A stretch of DNA of 64,000 nt from Patescibacteria group bacterium (GCA_050949525.1 JBMNFW010000001.1:463890-527889); one strand, 5' to 3'; counted from the first letter of the stretch, positions 38,393-48,471 are shown. Numbers and translations: made by a program. The notes: a model not told the origin generated them from the letters alone.

Positions 38393-38421
38393 TCATTTCA
38401 AAAAAACAAAGTCAAGAAAAC

Positions 38422-39435
38422 TTAAACAAAGGTTCTAGTCTGATAACCAGACTTTAAGTCTTGAATAGTTTTCTTTAAACCATTTTCTAAAGTAACCACT
38501 GGCATCCAACCTAATTCATTTCTAATATAATGAGTATCGGGTAAATTTAATTGAGACATAAAAACACGACTTTCAGCAAAAACAATCTTAGATTTAGAAT
38601 TAGTTAATTCAATCACTTTTCTAGCCACATCAACCAATCGTAACTCCTCTTCCGAGCCAACATTAAAAGGTCCAGAAAACTCTGATTTCATAACCTTAAT
38701 AGCCGCATCAATAACATCATCCACATAACACAAGGATGAAACGAAATTTTCATCACCAAAAATAACAATATCTTCATTATTTAAAGCATTATTCACAAAA
38801 TCAGGTAACATTTGTTCATCCCTTAAAGCCATACGAGGACCATAAGTTCTAAAAACTCTAATAATCTTAGTATCTAAATTATATTTCTGACGATAAGTAT
38901 TTACAAAAGCCTCAGCAAAACGCTTTCCCTCATCATAACAAGCTCGCTCACTTAATTGATCAATTTTACCAACTTGACTTTCCTTTATTTTCTCTTTATC
39001 AGCATAATTACTCTTAGATCCATAAACTACTGAAGAGGAAAATTGTAAAAAGCGGGCCTGATATTTAAGGGCTGTTTCTAAAGCGTTATAAATTAACACC
39101 GAATTAGCTAATAATGTTTTTTTACAATTTTGAGAAAAATTTTTAACCGACATCGGACAAGCTAGATTATAAATCTCTTGAATACCTTGAAAAGCAACTT
39201 TAAATTTAGATAACTCAACTAAAGACTCTAAATCAATTGGATTATTAAAATCGTGGTTAATAAAAACAAAATCAGGATGAGATAATAAATGTTGAATATT
39301 ACTAGCCTGACTACTGGAAAAATCATCAATACAAATAACCTTACTATCTTTTAGTAATTCCTGACAAAGATTAGAACCGATAAACCCAGCTCCACCTAAA
39401 ACTAAAACATTTTTTTTATCAAAAATAACTGACAT
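38422..39435 (-). CDS. NAD-dependent sugar-nucleotide epimerase/decarboxylase (UDP-glucuronate decarboxylase-like SDR)
   Basis: 337 aa; VLVLGGAGFIGSNL Rossmann motif, SSSVVYG, YDEGKRFAE (YxxxK). Confidence 0.8.
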   Translation of the reverse strand: MSVIFDKKNVLVLGGAGFIGSNLCQELLKDSKVICIDDFSSSQASNIQHLLSHPDFVFINHDFNNPIDLESLVELSKFKVAFQGIQEIYNLACPMSVKNFSQNCKKTLLANSVLIYNALETALKYQARFLQFSSSVVYGSKSNYADKEKIKESQVGKIDQLSERACYDEGKRFAEAFVNTYRQKYNLDTKIIRVFRTYGPRMALRDEQMLPDFVNNALNNEDIVIFGDENFVSSLCYVDDVIDAAIKVMKSEFSGPFNVGSEEELRLVDVARKVIELTNSKSKIVFAESRVFMSQLNLPDTHYIRNELGWMPVVTLENGLKKTIQDLKSGYQTRTFV

Positions 39436-39456
39436 ATAATTAATATTAATATTATA

Positions 39457-41481
39457 CTATTCTAGCTCCATAAAATCAACTATTACACCACCTTCAAAAT
39501 CCGATTCTAGGGCATAAAAAGAAGCTTTCAAATTTCCCTGCCCATCAAAAGCTCGAACATGAGGTGCGCCTCCCGGACCAGCTCCGGTAATAATTTCACT
39601 CAAACCATCTTTATTCAAATCTCCGACTGCTAAATTAACTCCATTAGAAAAATTATTATCATAAGCTAAAAACTTTTTAAACTCCTGACCATAACGACTA
39701 AAAATCTTAACTTCAGCTAAACGACCAAGCCCTGGAGAAACAATAATTTCTTGCTGATCTTTAGTCTTTAAACCTAAAACATTAGCCACCTTAACCTTAA
39801 CGCCACCTAAAAAACTATCCTCATAGGCAAAGAATTGTCCTTTTAAATTACCAGCTAAATCAAAGATGCGGACATGCGGACCACCGCCCGGACCAGCTCC
39901 GGTGACAATCTCAGCTCGACCATCACCATCTAAATCTCCAACAGCTACATTAACACCACCACGAAATTTTTCATTATAAGCAAAGAATTGTCCTTTTAAA
40001 TTACCAGCTAAATCAAAGATGCGGACATGCGGACCACCGCCCGGACCAGCTCCGGTGACAATCTCAGCTCGACCATCACCATCTAAATCTCCAACAGCTA
40101 CATTAACACCACCACGAAATTTTTCATTATAAGCAAAGAATTGATTTTCCAGTTTACTAGTTTTATCAAAAATTCTAACCTGAGGACCACCACCCAAACC
40201 AGCTCCCACTACTATTTTAGACTCATTACTAGCTATACTAACACTAGCATTAAAATCCGGACCAAAAGCTAAAAACCTTTTTTCCTCAACTCCTCTATTC
40301 TTTAAAATTCTTAAATAATTAAAATTATTATCTTCAGTTTTGAACTCAGCAATCTTGGATTGAGGAAAAACTATAAACCGATTAGATAAATTATCCCATT
40401 TTTCTTCAGCCCAATTAACAGCATTATATAAATTAACTCGACCGGCTCCTAAACTATTTTGATAATCAGGATTTAAAAGATTAAGTTGATCAGAACTCTT
40501 AAATAAAACTTCTAGGAGCTCAGATCGATTTAACTTAGGATTAATATTCTTAATCAAAGCTAAAGAACCACTAATAACAGCAGTGGACATTGAAGTTCCA
40601 GACCAATAACCATTATAATCTAAAGGCTCATTTTTTTCCGAATCAAAAAAGGATGTAGAAAAAAAACTAATACCAGGAGCTGAAATATCAACACAGTTTC
40701 TTCCATAAGAAGAAAAATTAGTCTTTTGATCTAAGGCGTCAGTAGCACTAACTGAAACTAATATCCTCTCCCCCTCATTTCCTTGAAAACAAGCTGGATA
40801 AAGAGGATCTAAATCAAGGTTAGCCGAATTATTCCCAGCAGCTGTTACCACAATAATTCCAGCCCGATTAGCTCTTTCGATCGCTTCTCTAAACCCTTTA
40901 TTATAATTTGAACCAGTAAAACTAAGATTAATAATATCGGCCCCATTATTAATAGCATAATCAATAGCCCGAATAACATCATTAATTTTACCCTCACCTC
41001 GTTCATTAACCGCTCTTAGAGCCATAATTTTAACTCGCGGGGCAATACCTGATATACCTAAATCATTATTAATTTGAGCTCCAATAATACCAGCTACCAT
41101 AGTACCATGATTTAATCCATCATCGTTACTACTTGGAAGTACCCTAGGTCGAGGATCAGCATTATTATCAACAAAATTCCAGCCATAAACATCATCAATA
41201 AAACCATTATGATCATCATCTATTCCATTAGCCTCAATTTCAAAATGATTAAACCAAATACTTCCTTTTAAATCAGGGTGATAAACATCGACCCCTGAAT
41301 CAACGACTGCTACCACCACTTCAGAACCACGAAACTCTCGATTCCAAACATAATCAAAGCCAATACGATTTAAATACCATTGCTTTTTAAAATGAGGATC
41401 ATTAGGAGCCGCTTGAACCATTTTTAATCCCCCTAAACTCAAAAAAAGGAGAAATATTATTCCAATTATTCTATTCTTCAT
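39457..41481 (-). CDS. Secreted subtilisin-like serine protease (S8) with C-terminal FG-GAP/beta-propeller repeats
   Basis: 674 aa; signal peptide; VAVVDSGVD (Asp), HGTMVAGIIG (His), GTSMSTAVISG (Ser); C-terminal repeats GDLDGDGRAEIVTGAGPGGGPHVRIFD. Confidence 0.85.
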   Translation of the reverse strand: MKNRIIGIIFLLFLSLGGLKMVQAAPNDPHFKKQWYLNRIGFDYVWNREFRGSEVVVAVVDSGVDVYHPDLKGSIWFNHFEIEANGIDDDHNGFIDDVYGWNFVDNNADPRPRVLPSSNDDGLNHGTMVAGIIGAQINNDLGISGIAPRVKIMALRAVNERGEGKINDVIRAIDYAINNGADIINLSFTGSNYNKGFREAIERANRAGIIVVTAAGNNSANLDLDPLYPACFQGNEGERILVSVSATDALDQKTNFSSYGRNCVDISAPGISFFSTSFFDSEKNEPLDYNGYWSGTSMSTAVISGSLALIKNINPKLNRSELLEVLFKSSDQLNLLNPDYQNSLGAGRVNLYNAVNWAEEKWDNLSNRFIVFPQSKIAEFKTEDNNFNYLRILKNRGVEEKRFLAFGPDFNASVSIASNESKIVVGAGLGGGPQVRIFDKTSKLENQFFAYNEKFRGGVNVAVGDLDGDGRAEIVTGAGPGGGPHVRIFDLAGNLKGQFFAYNEKFRGGVNVAVGDLDGDGRAEIVTGAGPGGGPHVRIFDLAGNLKGQFFAYEDSFLGGVKVKVANVLGLKTKDQQEIIVSPGLGRLAEVKIFSRYGQEFKKFLAYDNNFSNGVNLAVGDLNKDGLSEIITGAGPGGAPHVRAFDGQGNLKASFYALESDFEGGVIVDFMELE
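39828..40143. repeat. Perfect tandem duplication, 2 x 153 bp (+10 bp), inside the S8/FG-GAP gene
   Basis: 39828..39980 and 39981..40133 read identical base for base. Each encodes FFAYNEKFRGGVNVAVGDLDGDGRAEIVTGAGPGGGPHVRIFDLAGNLKGQ. Confidence 0.9.
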
Positions 41482-41504
41482 GTCAATAATTTTAACATAT
41501 TTTG

Positions 41505-41545
41505 ATAAAAAACAAAAACCCTAGTTCTAAACATAACTAGGGTTT
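41505..41545 (-). terminator. Intrinsic terminator after rplY
   Basis: Stem CCCTAGTT / AACTAGGG (41519-41526 / 41535-41542); T-run on the minus strand. Confidence 0.7.
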
Positions 41546-41563
41546 AAATATATCATTCTTTTA

Positions 41564-42196
41564 TTAATCTTTCTTCTCTTCGTCCTTCTTTTCTTCTTCC
41601 TTAACCTTATCATCAGCTTCTTCAGTCTTTTCTTCCTCTACCACCTCCGGCTCCTTTTCAATCTGAGGCTCGGTAACTGATACTACAGCATCATCAGGAT
41701 GATTTAAAACCTTAATTCCAGAAGGTAGAACCAAATCTTTAATATGAATACTATCACCAAACTCACTTAAAGCAGAGATATCAACTTCAATCACACTAAC
41801 TAAATCTTGAGGTAAACATTCAACTGAAACAAAGTCAATATTTTTATTTAACTGAGCATTAAGTTCTCTAACTGCTTTAGATTCACCCACAAACTCCAAT
41901 GGAATTTCAGTGCTAACCTCTTTATTCATATCAACTTTATAAAAATCAACATGAATAAAATGATCCTTAATCACATCTCGTTGAACATCTTTTACTAAAA
42001 CCTTAAACTCTTGATCAGCTAATTTTAAGGTTAATAAACTTGATTCTCCAACTTCAGTATAAGCTTTGATAAAATCATTAGTCTTAAATTTAATCATCAT
42101 AGTTTCAATATCAGGAGCATAAACAACACCAGGTAAAAAATTATGATCGACTTTTTCTTTTTTAGAGCGATTTTGAACTTCTAGTATCATAGACAT
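41564..42196 (-). CDS. rplY: 50S ribosomal protein L25/general stress protein Ctc, with acidic/Lys-rich tail
   Basis: 210 aa; LPGVVYAP..., HFIHVDFYKV, VECLPQDLV...IEVD are L25/Ctc two-domain patterns. Confidence 0.85.
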   Translation of the reverse strand: MSMILEVQNRSKKEKVDHNFLPGVVYAPDIETMMIKFKTNDFIKAYTEVGESSLLTLKLADQEFKVLVKDVQRDVIKDHFIHVDFYKVDMNKEVSTEIPLEFVGESKAVRELNAQLNKNIDFVSVECLPQDLVSVIEVDISALSEFGDSIHIKDLVLPSGIKVLNHPDDAVVSVTEPQIEKEPEVVEEEKTEEADDKVKEEEKKDEEKKD

Positions 42197-42232
42197 ATTT
42201 TTTAAAACTTAAAAATATACTGAGATAAATTT

Positions 42233-43333
42233 CTAAGATTTAGACTTAATTATAATATTCTGAACAATCCCCATTAAAACAAAGTTAGCTAGGGTAGCAC
42301 TACCACCATAGCTAATAAACGGTAAAGAAATACCAACTACGGGAACTATTCCCAGGTTCATACCAATATTAATAAACATTTGAATAAAAATCAAGACCAA
42401 GGCTCCCAAAACAAAAAAGATCGCAAAATCATCATCTAATTTCTTAACCCAATGTAATAATCGCCAAAAAAGTACTAAATAAATTAACAAAACTAAAGAA
42501 GTTCCCAAAAGACCTAACTCCTCAGCAATAACTGAAAAAATAAAGTCATTTTGAGCTTCCGGTAAAAATTTTAATTGTGATTGAGAACCAAAACCTAATC
42601 CCCTACCCGTTAAACCACCGGAACCAACAGCAATTAAAGCTTGAGAAACATTCCAAGTTTCGCTTAAACTATTCTCTCCCGGATTAAGAAAGCTTAGAAT
42701 TCTATGTTTTTGATAATCTTTAAAATAAAAATTCCAAAGTAAAAAAAATATTAATATAACTGGAATGATAATCATTAAAAAATATCGTCGTTTTAAACCA
42801 GCTAAAACTAAAATAATAAACCATAAAGCCATCATAATAACCGAAGGCCCAAAATCAGGTTGTAATAAAACAAAAAAAACTAAAGCAAAAGAACCTAAAA
42901 AGGATAAAACTAAAGACTTAAAAGGTCTCATCTTATGAGCTGAGTTAGAAAAAAAACGAGCTAAAAAAACAATCAAAATAATTTTAGCAAATTCTACCGG
43001 TTGAAAACTAAAACCAAAAATATTAAACCAACCAGTAGTCCCTCGAACTTCTTTACCAAAAATTAAAACCGCAATTAAAAGAATAATACCAAAAACATAA
43101 ATCAATCGATTATAAGTCTTTAAAAAATTATAATCCACAAAAGAGACCAAGAAAAAAACAATAAGTGATAAGGATAATGATATGATTTGTTTTTTAAAAT
43201 TAATTAAACTTAAAGTTTCCTGACCTAAAGCAATACTATAAATCTCAATTAAGCCAAATAATGATAATAAAAGAATAGCTGAGAAAATAACCCAGTCTAA
43301 TTTAAGAAAATGATTTTTAATTCGATTAAACAT
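42233..43333 (-). CDS. FtsW/RodA/SpoVE-family (SEDS) peptidoglycan polymerase
   Basis: 366 aa, 10 TM; QPVEFAKI, LQPDFGP, LPEAQNDFIFSVIAEELG, PFISYGGS. Confidence 0.85.
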   Translation of the reverse strand: MFNRIKNHFLKLDWVIFSAILLLSLFGLIEIYSIALGQETLSLINFKKQIISLSLSLIVFFLVSFVDYNFLKTYNRLIYVFGIILLIAVLIFGKEVRGTTGWFNIFGFSFQPVEFAKIILIVFLARFFSNSAHKMRPFKSLVLSFLGSFALVFFVLLQPDFGPSVIMMALWFIILVLAGLKRRYFLMIIIPVILIFFLLWNFYFKDYQKHRILSFLNPGENSLSETWNVSQALIAVGSGGLTGRGLGFGSQSQLKFLPEAQNDFIFSVIAEELGLLGTSLVLLIYLVLFWRLLHWVKKLDDDFAIFFVLGALVLIFIQMFINIGMNLGIVPVVGISLPFISYGGSATLANFVLMGIVQNIIIKSKS

Positions 43334-44133
43334 TAGTGATGAAAAAAGAAATCTAAAACTAAAATCAGAGATAGACCAATAATAATACCTAATAATTGTT
43401 TTAAGGACTCTGAAATTTTAATTTCCTTCCTTAATTCTGGAATTAAATCCGATGAAGCAATATAAATAAAACCACCAGCCGTTAATGGTAAAAGAACTGT
43501 CATTAAACCATCAACTTTTTGATTTAAAATTAAAACTATTAAAGCTCCTAAAACTGAACCTAAAGCTGATAAAAAATTAAAAAATAAGGCCCTTTTAACA
43601 CTATAACCAGCGTAAATTAAAACACCAAAATCACCAATTTCTTGTGGTACCTCATGACTAATAACAGCAATAGTAGTTAAAATACCTAAATTAGTATCAA
43701 TCAAAAAAGCTCCCGCTATAACCGCTCCATCAATTAAATTATGTAAACCATCGCCGATAATATTCATCACCCCTAAAGAATGAGGATGTTCGTCACAACT
43801 AGGTTCATGACAATGACGCCAATGAATTATTTTCTCTAAAATAAAAAATATTAGAATACCAACTAAGACATAGGACCAGGTTTTAGATCCACTTATCTCT
43901 AAAGCTTCTGGCAATAAATGAAAAAAAGCTCCACCTAATAAAGCTCCAGCTGATAAACTAACTAAAAACATGATAATCTTCTTTAGCTTCTCAATTGAAA
44001 AACTAAGAAAAAAAATACCCACTAAGGAAACTAAGGATGTAATAAAAGATGCTAATAAAGCTTGAAACCAGACCATTTTATTTAAAAAATTATTTTTTAT
44101 CTTTTTGTTTTTGCTGTTCTTCGTAAGCTTCAA
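43333..44133 (-). CDS. ZIP-family divalent metal (Zn/Fe) transporter
   Basis: 266 aa; HNLIDGAVIAGAF and SHEVPQEIGDFGVL motifs. An alternative start at ATG 44076 (MVWFQ...) would remove the 44-nt overlap with the upstream gene. Confidence 0.8.
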   Translation of the reverse strand: MKLTKNSKNKKIKNNFLNKMVWFQALLASFITSLVSLVGIFFLSFSIEKLKKIIMFLVSLSAGALLGGAFFHLLPEALEISGSKTWSYVLVGILIFFILEKIIHWRHCHEPSCDEHPHSLGVMNIIGDGLHNLIDGAVIAGAFLIDTNLGILTTIAVISHEVPQEIGDFGVLIYAGYSVKRALFFNFLSALGSVLGALIVLILNQKVDGLMTVLLPLTAGGFIYIASSDLIPELRKEIKISESLKQLLGIIIGLSLILVLDFFFHH

Positions 44134-44482
44134 TCACCTTACGTAAACCTTCAACTGACAAAACAGAACAATGAATTTTTTGTTTTGGTAAACCATTTAG
44201 TTCGGCAATAATTTTATTCCAATCAAAGTTTTTAGCTTCATTAATACTCATCCCCTTAACCATTTCGGTCATCACGGAAGCTGTGGCAATATTAGAAGCA
44301 CATCCAAAAGACAAAAATTTAATATCTTCAATAATATTGTCCTTAACTTTAATAGTAAAAGATAATTGATCACCACAAATCATATTACCTACTTCAGCCT
44401 GAGCATCAGGATTTTCTATCTTACCTATATTTTGTGGATTGCGGAAATGTTTTAAGGTTTCTTCACTATAATTCAATGACAT
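44090..44482 (-). CDS. Fe-S cluster assembly scaffold (NifU N-terminal/IscU-like)
   Basis: 130 aa; NPQNIGKIENPDAQAEVGNMICGDQL, FGCASNIATAS, KIHCSVL (three conserved Cys). Confidence 0.85.
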   Translation of the reverse strand: MSLNYSEETLKHFRNPQNIGKIENPDAQAEVGNMICGDQLSFTIKVKDNIIEDIKFLSFGCASNIATASVMTEMVKGMSINEAKNFDWNKIIAELNGLPKQKIHCSVLSVEGLRKVIEAYEEQQKQKDKK

Positions 44483-44535
44483 ATTTATTTAAAAATTTAA
44501 TAACAGTTTCATATTATAACAAAAACTAAGCATTA

Positions 44536-45150
44536 TCAAGCACTCTTAATCATTTTGATTAGCTCTGGAAACTCCGGCACTCTAAAATGCCCTCCCTTAT
44601 CAGGATAAACAATAAAACTAGCTTGTTTTAACTTTTTCTTATACTTCTCCATTTGAGATAAAGGAACAATTTCATCATTAGCAGAAAAAAATAAATATAA
44701 CTTAGAAGAATTTTTTTCTAATAATGATAAATCAGCTCCTAACCGAAAACCGCCCACTAAATCTTCACCCGGTAAAGTATTATCAAAAGGCGGGGCAATT
44801 AAATAGGTGGCTAATATTTTCTTAGGAAACTTATTCTCTGATAAATATTTGGCTAAAAAAATACCTCCTAAAGAACAACCGACTAAAATAATATTATTTC
44901 GTAAATAAGGAAAAAACTTTTCAAAATATATTTTCCATTCCTCATAACGAGCATCATGAGATAATGGCATACGAGGACGAATAATATCAAAATCTTTAGA
45001 AAGCTTCTTATCAAAATACTCCCCATTCCAATTAGGTACTGAATCTACCCGAGCTTCCCAATTTAAAAGAGAATCTCTAAAATCTTTTCGACTTTTAAAA
45101 GTTGTACCACCATGGATATAAAATATTTGTTTTCTATTTTTCATAAACAC
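44536..45150 (-). CDS. Alpha/beta-fold serine hydrolase (YdeN/RBBP9-like)
   Basis: 204 aa; nucleophile elbow LVGCSLGG; late D and H (NDEIVP, GGHF). Confidence 0.55.
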   Translation of the reverse strand: MFMKNRKQIFYIHGGTTFKSRKDFRDSLLNWEARVDSVPNWNGEYFDKKLSKDFDIIRPRMPLSHDARYEEWKIYFEKFFPYLRNNIILVGCSLGGIFLAKYLSENKFPKKILATYLIAPPFDNTLPGEDLVGGFRLGADLSLLEKNSSKLYLFFSANDEIVPLSQMEKYKKKLKQASFIVYPDKGGHFRVPEFPELIKMIKSA

Positions 45151-46294
45151 TACTAAAATCCCGTAAACGTGCTACGGTCTTTTTTAAAGTTTTAACCAAT
45201 CGAGAAACCTCATTCATATTATTATACCTTCCCCAAGTAAGGCGAATATTACTATTTATATACTTAGGATTAATACCCATAGCCGTAATAACTGAGGAAG
45301 TTTTTAAATTAGTCGCTGAACAGGCTGATCCAGTAGAAATAGCAATACCAGCTAAAGATAAATCAATCAACACCGCTTCTCCCTCAACTCCCTCAATCAT
45401 AATATTTAAATTATTTGGACTTCTTTTTTTCCAACTACCATTTAAATGTAGACCGGGTATTTCTTTTTTTAATTCTCGCCACGTTAAATCACGCAAATCT
45501 TTAACCTTCTTAATATATTTATCACGCTCTTTATAGGCTAATTTCAAAGCTTCAGTTAAACCAACTATTCCGGCCATATTATAAGTTCCGGAACGATAAG
45601 AATCCTCTTGTCCACCTCCTAAAATAAAAGGTTCAATCTTAATTTTCTTATTAATACAAGCTACTGCTACTCCTTGAGGCCCATAAAATTTATGAGCTGA
45701 TAATGTAAGAAAATCAATACCTGATTTTTCTACATTTATTTTTAAATATGGCACTGCCTGAACAGCATCACTGTGAAAAAAAACACCATTTTTCTTAGCA
45801 ATTTTAGCAATCTCTGATATTGGCTGAATAGTCCCGATTTCATTATTAATCATTAAAACTGAAATTAAAACTGTATCGGGTTTTATTTTTCTCTCTAAAT
45901 CATTTAAATCAACAATACCCTCACTATCAACCTTAATATAATCAAAATTAAAACCCTCCTGACTTAAAACTCGAGCTGTTTCTAATACTGAAGGATGCTC
46001 AATACTAGAAATCAAAAAATGTTTACCTTTATCTCGATTAGCTCGCATCACTCCTTTAATAATAAAATTATTAGCCTCCGTCGCCGTAGCCGTAAAAACT
46101 ATATTATCAGCCGAAGCACCAATAATTTTAGCAATGTTTTTCTTACACTCTTTAATTTTTAAATCATTTTTCTGTCCCGGAAAATGAATTGATGAAGCAT
46201 TAGCATAACTCTCAGTATAATAAGGCATCATCTTCTTTAGAACTCGAGGATCAATTTTAGTTGTCGCCGCATTATCGAGATAAATATCTTTCAT
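45134..46294 (-). CDS. Cysteine desulfurase (NifS/IscS class)
   Basis: 386 aa; LDNAATTK, SAHKFYGPQG (PLP Lys), STGSACSA (active-site Cys). Confidence 0.9.
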   Translation of the reverse strand: MKDIYLDNAATTKIDPRVLKKMMPYYTESYANASSIHFPGQKNDLKIKECKKNIAKIIGASADNIVFTATATEANNFIIKGVMRANRDKGKHFLISSIEHPSVLETARVLSQEGFNFDYIKVDSEGIVDLNDLERKIKPDTVLISVLMINNEIGTIQPISEIAKIAKKNGVFFHSDAVQAVPYLKINVEKSGIDFLTLSAHKFYGPQGVAVACINKKIKIEPFILGGGQEDSYRSGTYNMAGIVGLTEALKLAYKERDKYIKKVKDLRDLTWRELKKEIPGLHLNGSWKKRSPNNLNIMIEGVEGEAVLIDLSLAGIAISTGSACSATNLKTSSVITAMGINPKYINSNIRLTWGRYNNMNEVSRLVKTLKKTVARLRDFSSVYEK

Positions 46295-46298
46295 ATTA

Positions 46299-46979
46299 TT
46301 ATTTTAAAATTATTTCTTCAATAACTACTGCTTCTACTGGTCGATCTAAAATTCCAGGAAAATTAGTTTCAACTTGAGAAATATTATCAACGACCTCCAT
46401 TCCAGATATTACTTGACCAAAAACGGGATGCTTAGAACTAGAAGGCTCTTTATCAAAATCTAAAAAAGTATTATCAACTAAGTTAATAAAAAACTGTGAA
46501 CCACCACTATTAGGACCAGCATTAGCCATCGAAATAGTACCGCGAAGATTACTTAATCCGGCTACATGTTCATCCGCAATAACATAGCCTGGACCTCCAG
46601 TCCCCCAACGACCCTCCTGACTATCATCTTTAGTTAAAGGATCTCCGGCTTGGATCATAAAACCAGCAATAACGCGATGAAATTTAATACCATTAAAATA
46701 ACCTTGATCAGCTAAATTTAAAAAATTAGCTACTGTTTCCGGCATCTTATCATTAAAAAATTCAATGGTAAAACTACCTAAATTAGTTTTAAACTCAGCT
46801 TGAGAATATTTAGATAAAATATCTCGATTAATCATTTCTTCTTTCTTCATATTTTTTTCTGGTAAATTATTAATATTATTAGGAAACTCTATTCGACTTG
46901 GTTGACTATTGGAACTACAAGCAGTCAACAAGAAAAGAGTTAATAATAAAGCACTGGAAATAAAAAATCTTTTTTTCAT
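46299..46979 (-). CDS. Cyclophilin-type peptidyl-prolyl isomerase lipoprotein
   Basis: 226 aa; lipobox LLTACSS; FHRVIAGFMIQAGDP, SMANAGPNSGGSQFFI. Confidence 0.9.
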   Translation of the reverse strand: MKKRFFISSALLLTLFLLTACSSNSQPSRIEFPNNINNLPEKNMKKEEMINRDILSKYSQAEFKTNLGSFTIEFFNDKMPETVANFLNLADQGYFNGIKFHRVIAGFMIQAGDPLTKDDSQEGRWGTGGPGYVIADEHVAGLSNLRGTISMANAGPNSGGSQFFINLVDNTFLDFDKEPSSSKHPVFGQVISGMEVVDNISQVETNFPGILDRPVEAVVIEEIILK

Positions 46980-46995
46980 ATTTTTATTTTAATTA

Positions 46996-48471
46996 TTAAA
47001 CTTTAAATTTTCTTTTCATATCTTGATCATCGGCCTGCCTCTTTTCAGTAATTATTTCTTGAGCTGATTCTCTCAATTCCTCTAAATCTAATTTATCCAA
47101 TTCTAAGGCTCGTGATTTTAATATTTCTAATTGATTCAAGTTAGGGTCCTCCAAAACCTCAGCTAACAATACATCTAAAATAGCACCCATTTTAGGTCCC
47201 GGTTTCATACCTAATTCCTCAATCATTATATCACCATTAATCTTAAGCATTTTAACTGAAACCGGATCATTCTGTACTTTTTCCATCATATACTGTAAAT
47301 GTCGTAATTTATATGGCATAGCTTTAGGAGTTCCAGAACCTAATCTATCAGCGACTCGTAAATCAATCAAATCTTTCAAATTTTCTCGACCCGTTTTAGC
47401 AATTAAACGCCTAACTGAAGCGGCACTTACTTCACCAACATTATAATAAAACATATGATTTCTAACCAAATTAACCACCATCTCAATATCATTATTAGAA
47501 AATTTTAATCGAGTCATAATCTTCTTAGTTAATTTAGCACCAACATACTCATGATTATAAAAAGTACGTTGATTATTAATAATCTTTAAAGAAGACGGCT
47601 TGCCAATATCATGTAAAAGGGCTGCTAAACGAACTTGCCACTTAGAACTAGGACAATGCTTTAAAGATAAAAGATTATGTTTCAAAACTGTATAAACATG
47701 ATGGTGATTTTGTTTAACCTTATCCCCAGCTAATAATTCAGGAATAATATATTGTAATAATTTAGTCTTTATTAAATAAACTATTCCTTCATAAGCTCGA
47801 TCAGAAGCTAATATTTTTATTAACTCATCCCTTACTCTTTCAGCTGAAATAAACTTTAAACTACCCGCCATTCTCAATATCGCTCGCTCAGTTTTAGGTT
47901 CTAAACTAAAAGCTAATTGAGAAGAAAAACGAATAGCCCGCATCATACGTAAGGCATCCTCTTTAAAACGATCTAAAGGTTCACCAACAGCCCGAATCAC
48001 CTTTAACTTAATATCTTTCAGGCCACCAAATAAATCAACCAACTCCATAGTCCCCCAATCAAATTTTAATTCTTGACTAGAATATTTAGATCTCTTAGTC
48101 AAACCTAGAGCCATAGCATTCACAGTAAAATCACGACGTCTTAAATCCAAATCTAAATCTTCCTCAAACTTAAGTTCATCAGGACGACGATGATCTCGAT
48201 ACTGCCCCTCACTGCGATAGGTAGTAATTTCAAAAACAGCTAAAACTTTTCCGGTTTCATCTTTATGAGCTAAAATCACTGTGCCAAAATCATTTTCATA
48301 TTTAGCTTCTGGAAAAAGGGCTAAAATTTCCTCCGGCTTAGCTGAACTAGTTAAATCAATATCAGATGGAATTTTTCCCATTAAAAGATCTCGTACTGTC
48401 CCCCCGACTATATAAGCTTCAAAACCAGCTTTTTCAATTTTCTTTAATACTACTAAGACTGTTTCAATCAT
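46996..48471 (-). CDS. cca: CCA-adding tRNA nucleotidyltransferase with HD domain
   Basis: 491 aa; GGTVRDLLMGKIPSDIDL, RRDFTVNAMA, HD domain LLHDIGKP. Confidence 0.85.
   Translation of the reverse strand: MIETVLVVLKKIEKAGFEAYIVGGTVRDLLMGKIPSDIDLTSSAKPEEILALFPEAKYENDFGTVILAHKDETGKVLAVFEITTYRSEGQYRDHRRPDELKFEEDLDLDLRRRDFTVNAMALGLTKRSKYSSQELKFDWGTMELVDLFGGLKDIKLKVIRAVGEPLDRFKEDALRMMRAIRFSSQLAFSLEPKTERAILRMAGSLKFISAERVRDELIKILASDRAYEGIVYLIKTKLLQYIIPELLAGDKVKQNHHHVYTVLKHNLLSLKHCPSSKWQVRLAALLHDIGKPSSLKIINNQRTFYNHEYVGAKLTKKIMTRLKFSNNDIEMVVNLVRNHMFYYNVGEVSAASVRRLIAKTGRENLKDLIDLRVADRLGSGTPKAMPYKLRHLQYMMEKVQNDPVSVKMLKINGDIMIEELGMKPGPKMGAILDVLLAEVLEDPNLNQLEILKSRALELDKLDLEELRESAQEIITEKRQADDQDMKRKFKV

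Noticed and set aside
39828-40143. CRISPR array or other non-coding repeat array.
   Set aside because: The only tandem repeat in the window is in-frame coding sequence of the S8/FG-GAP protein. There is no repeat-spacer architecture and there are no cas genes.
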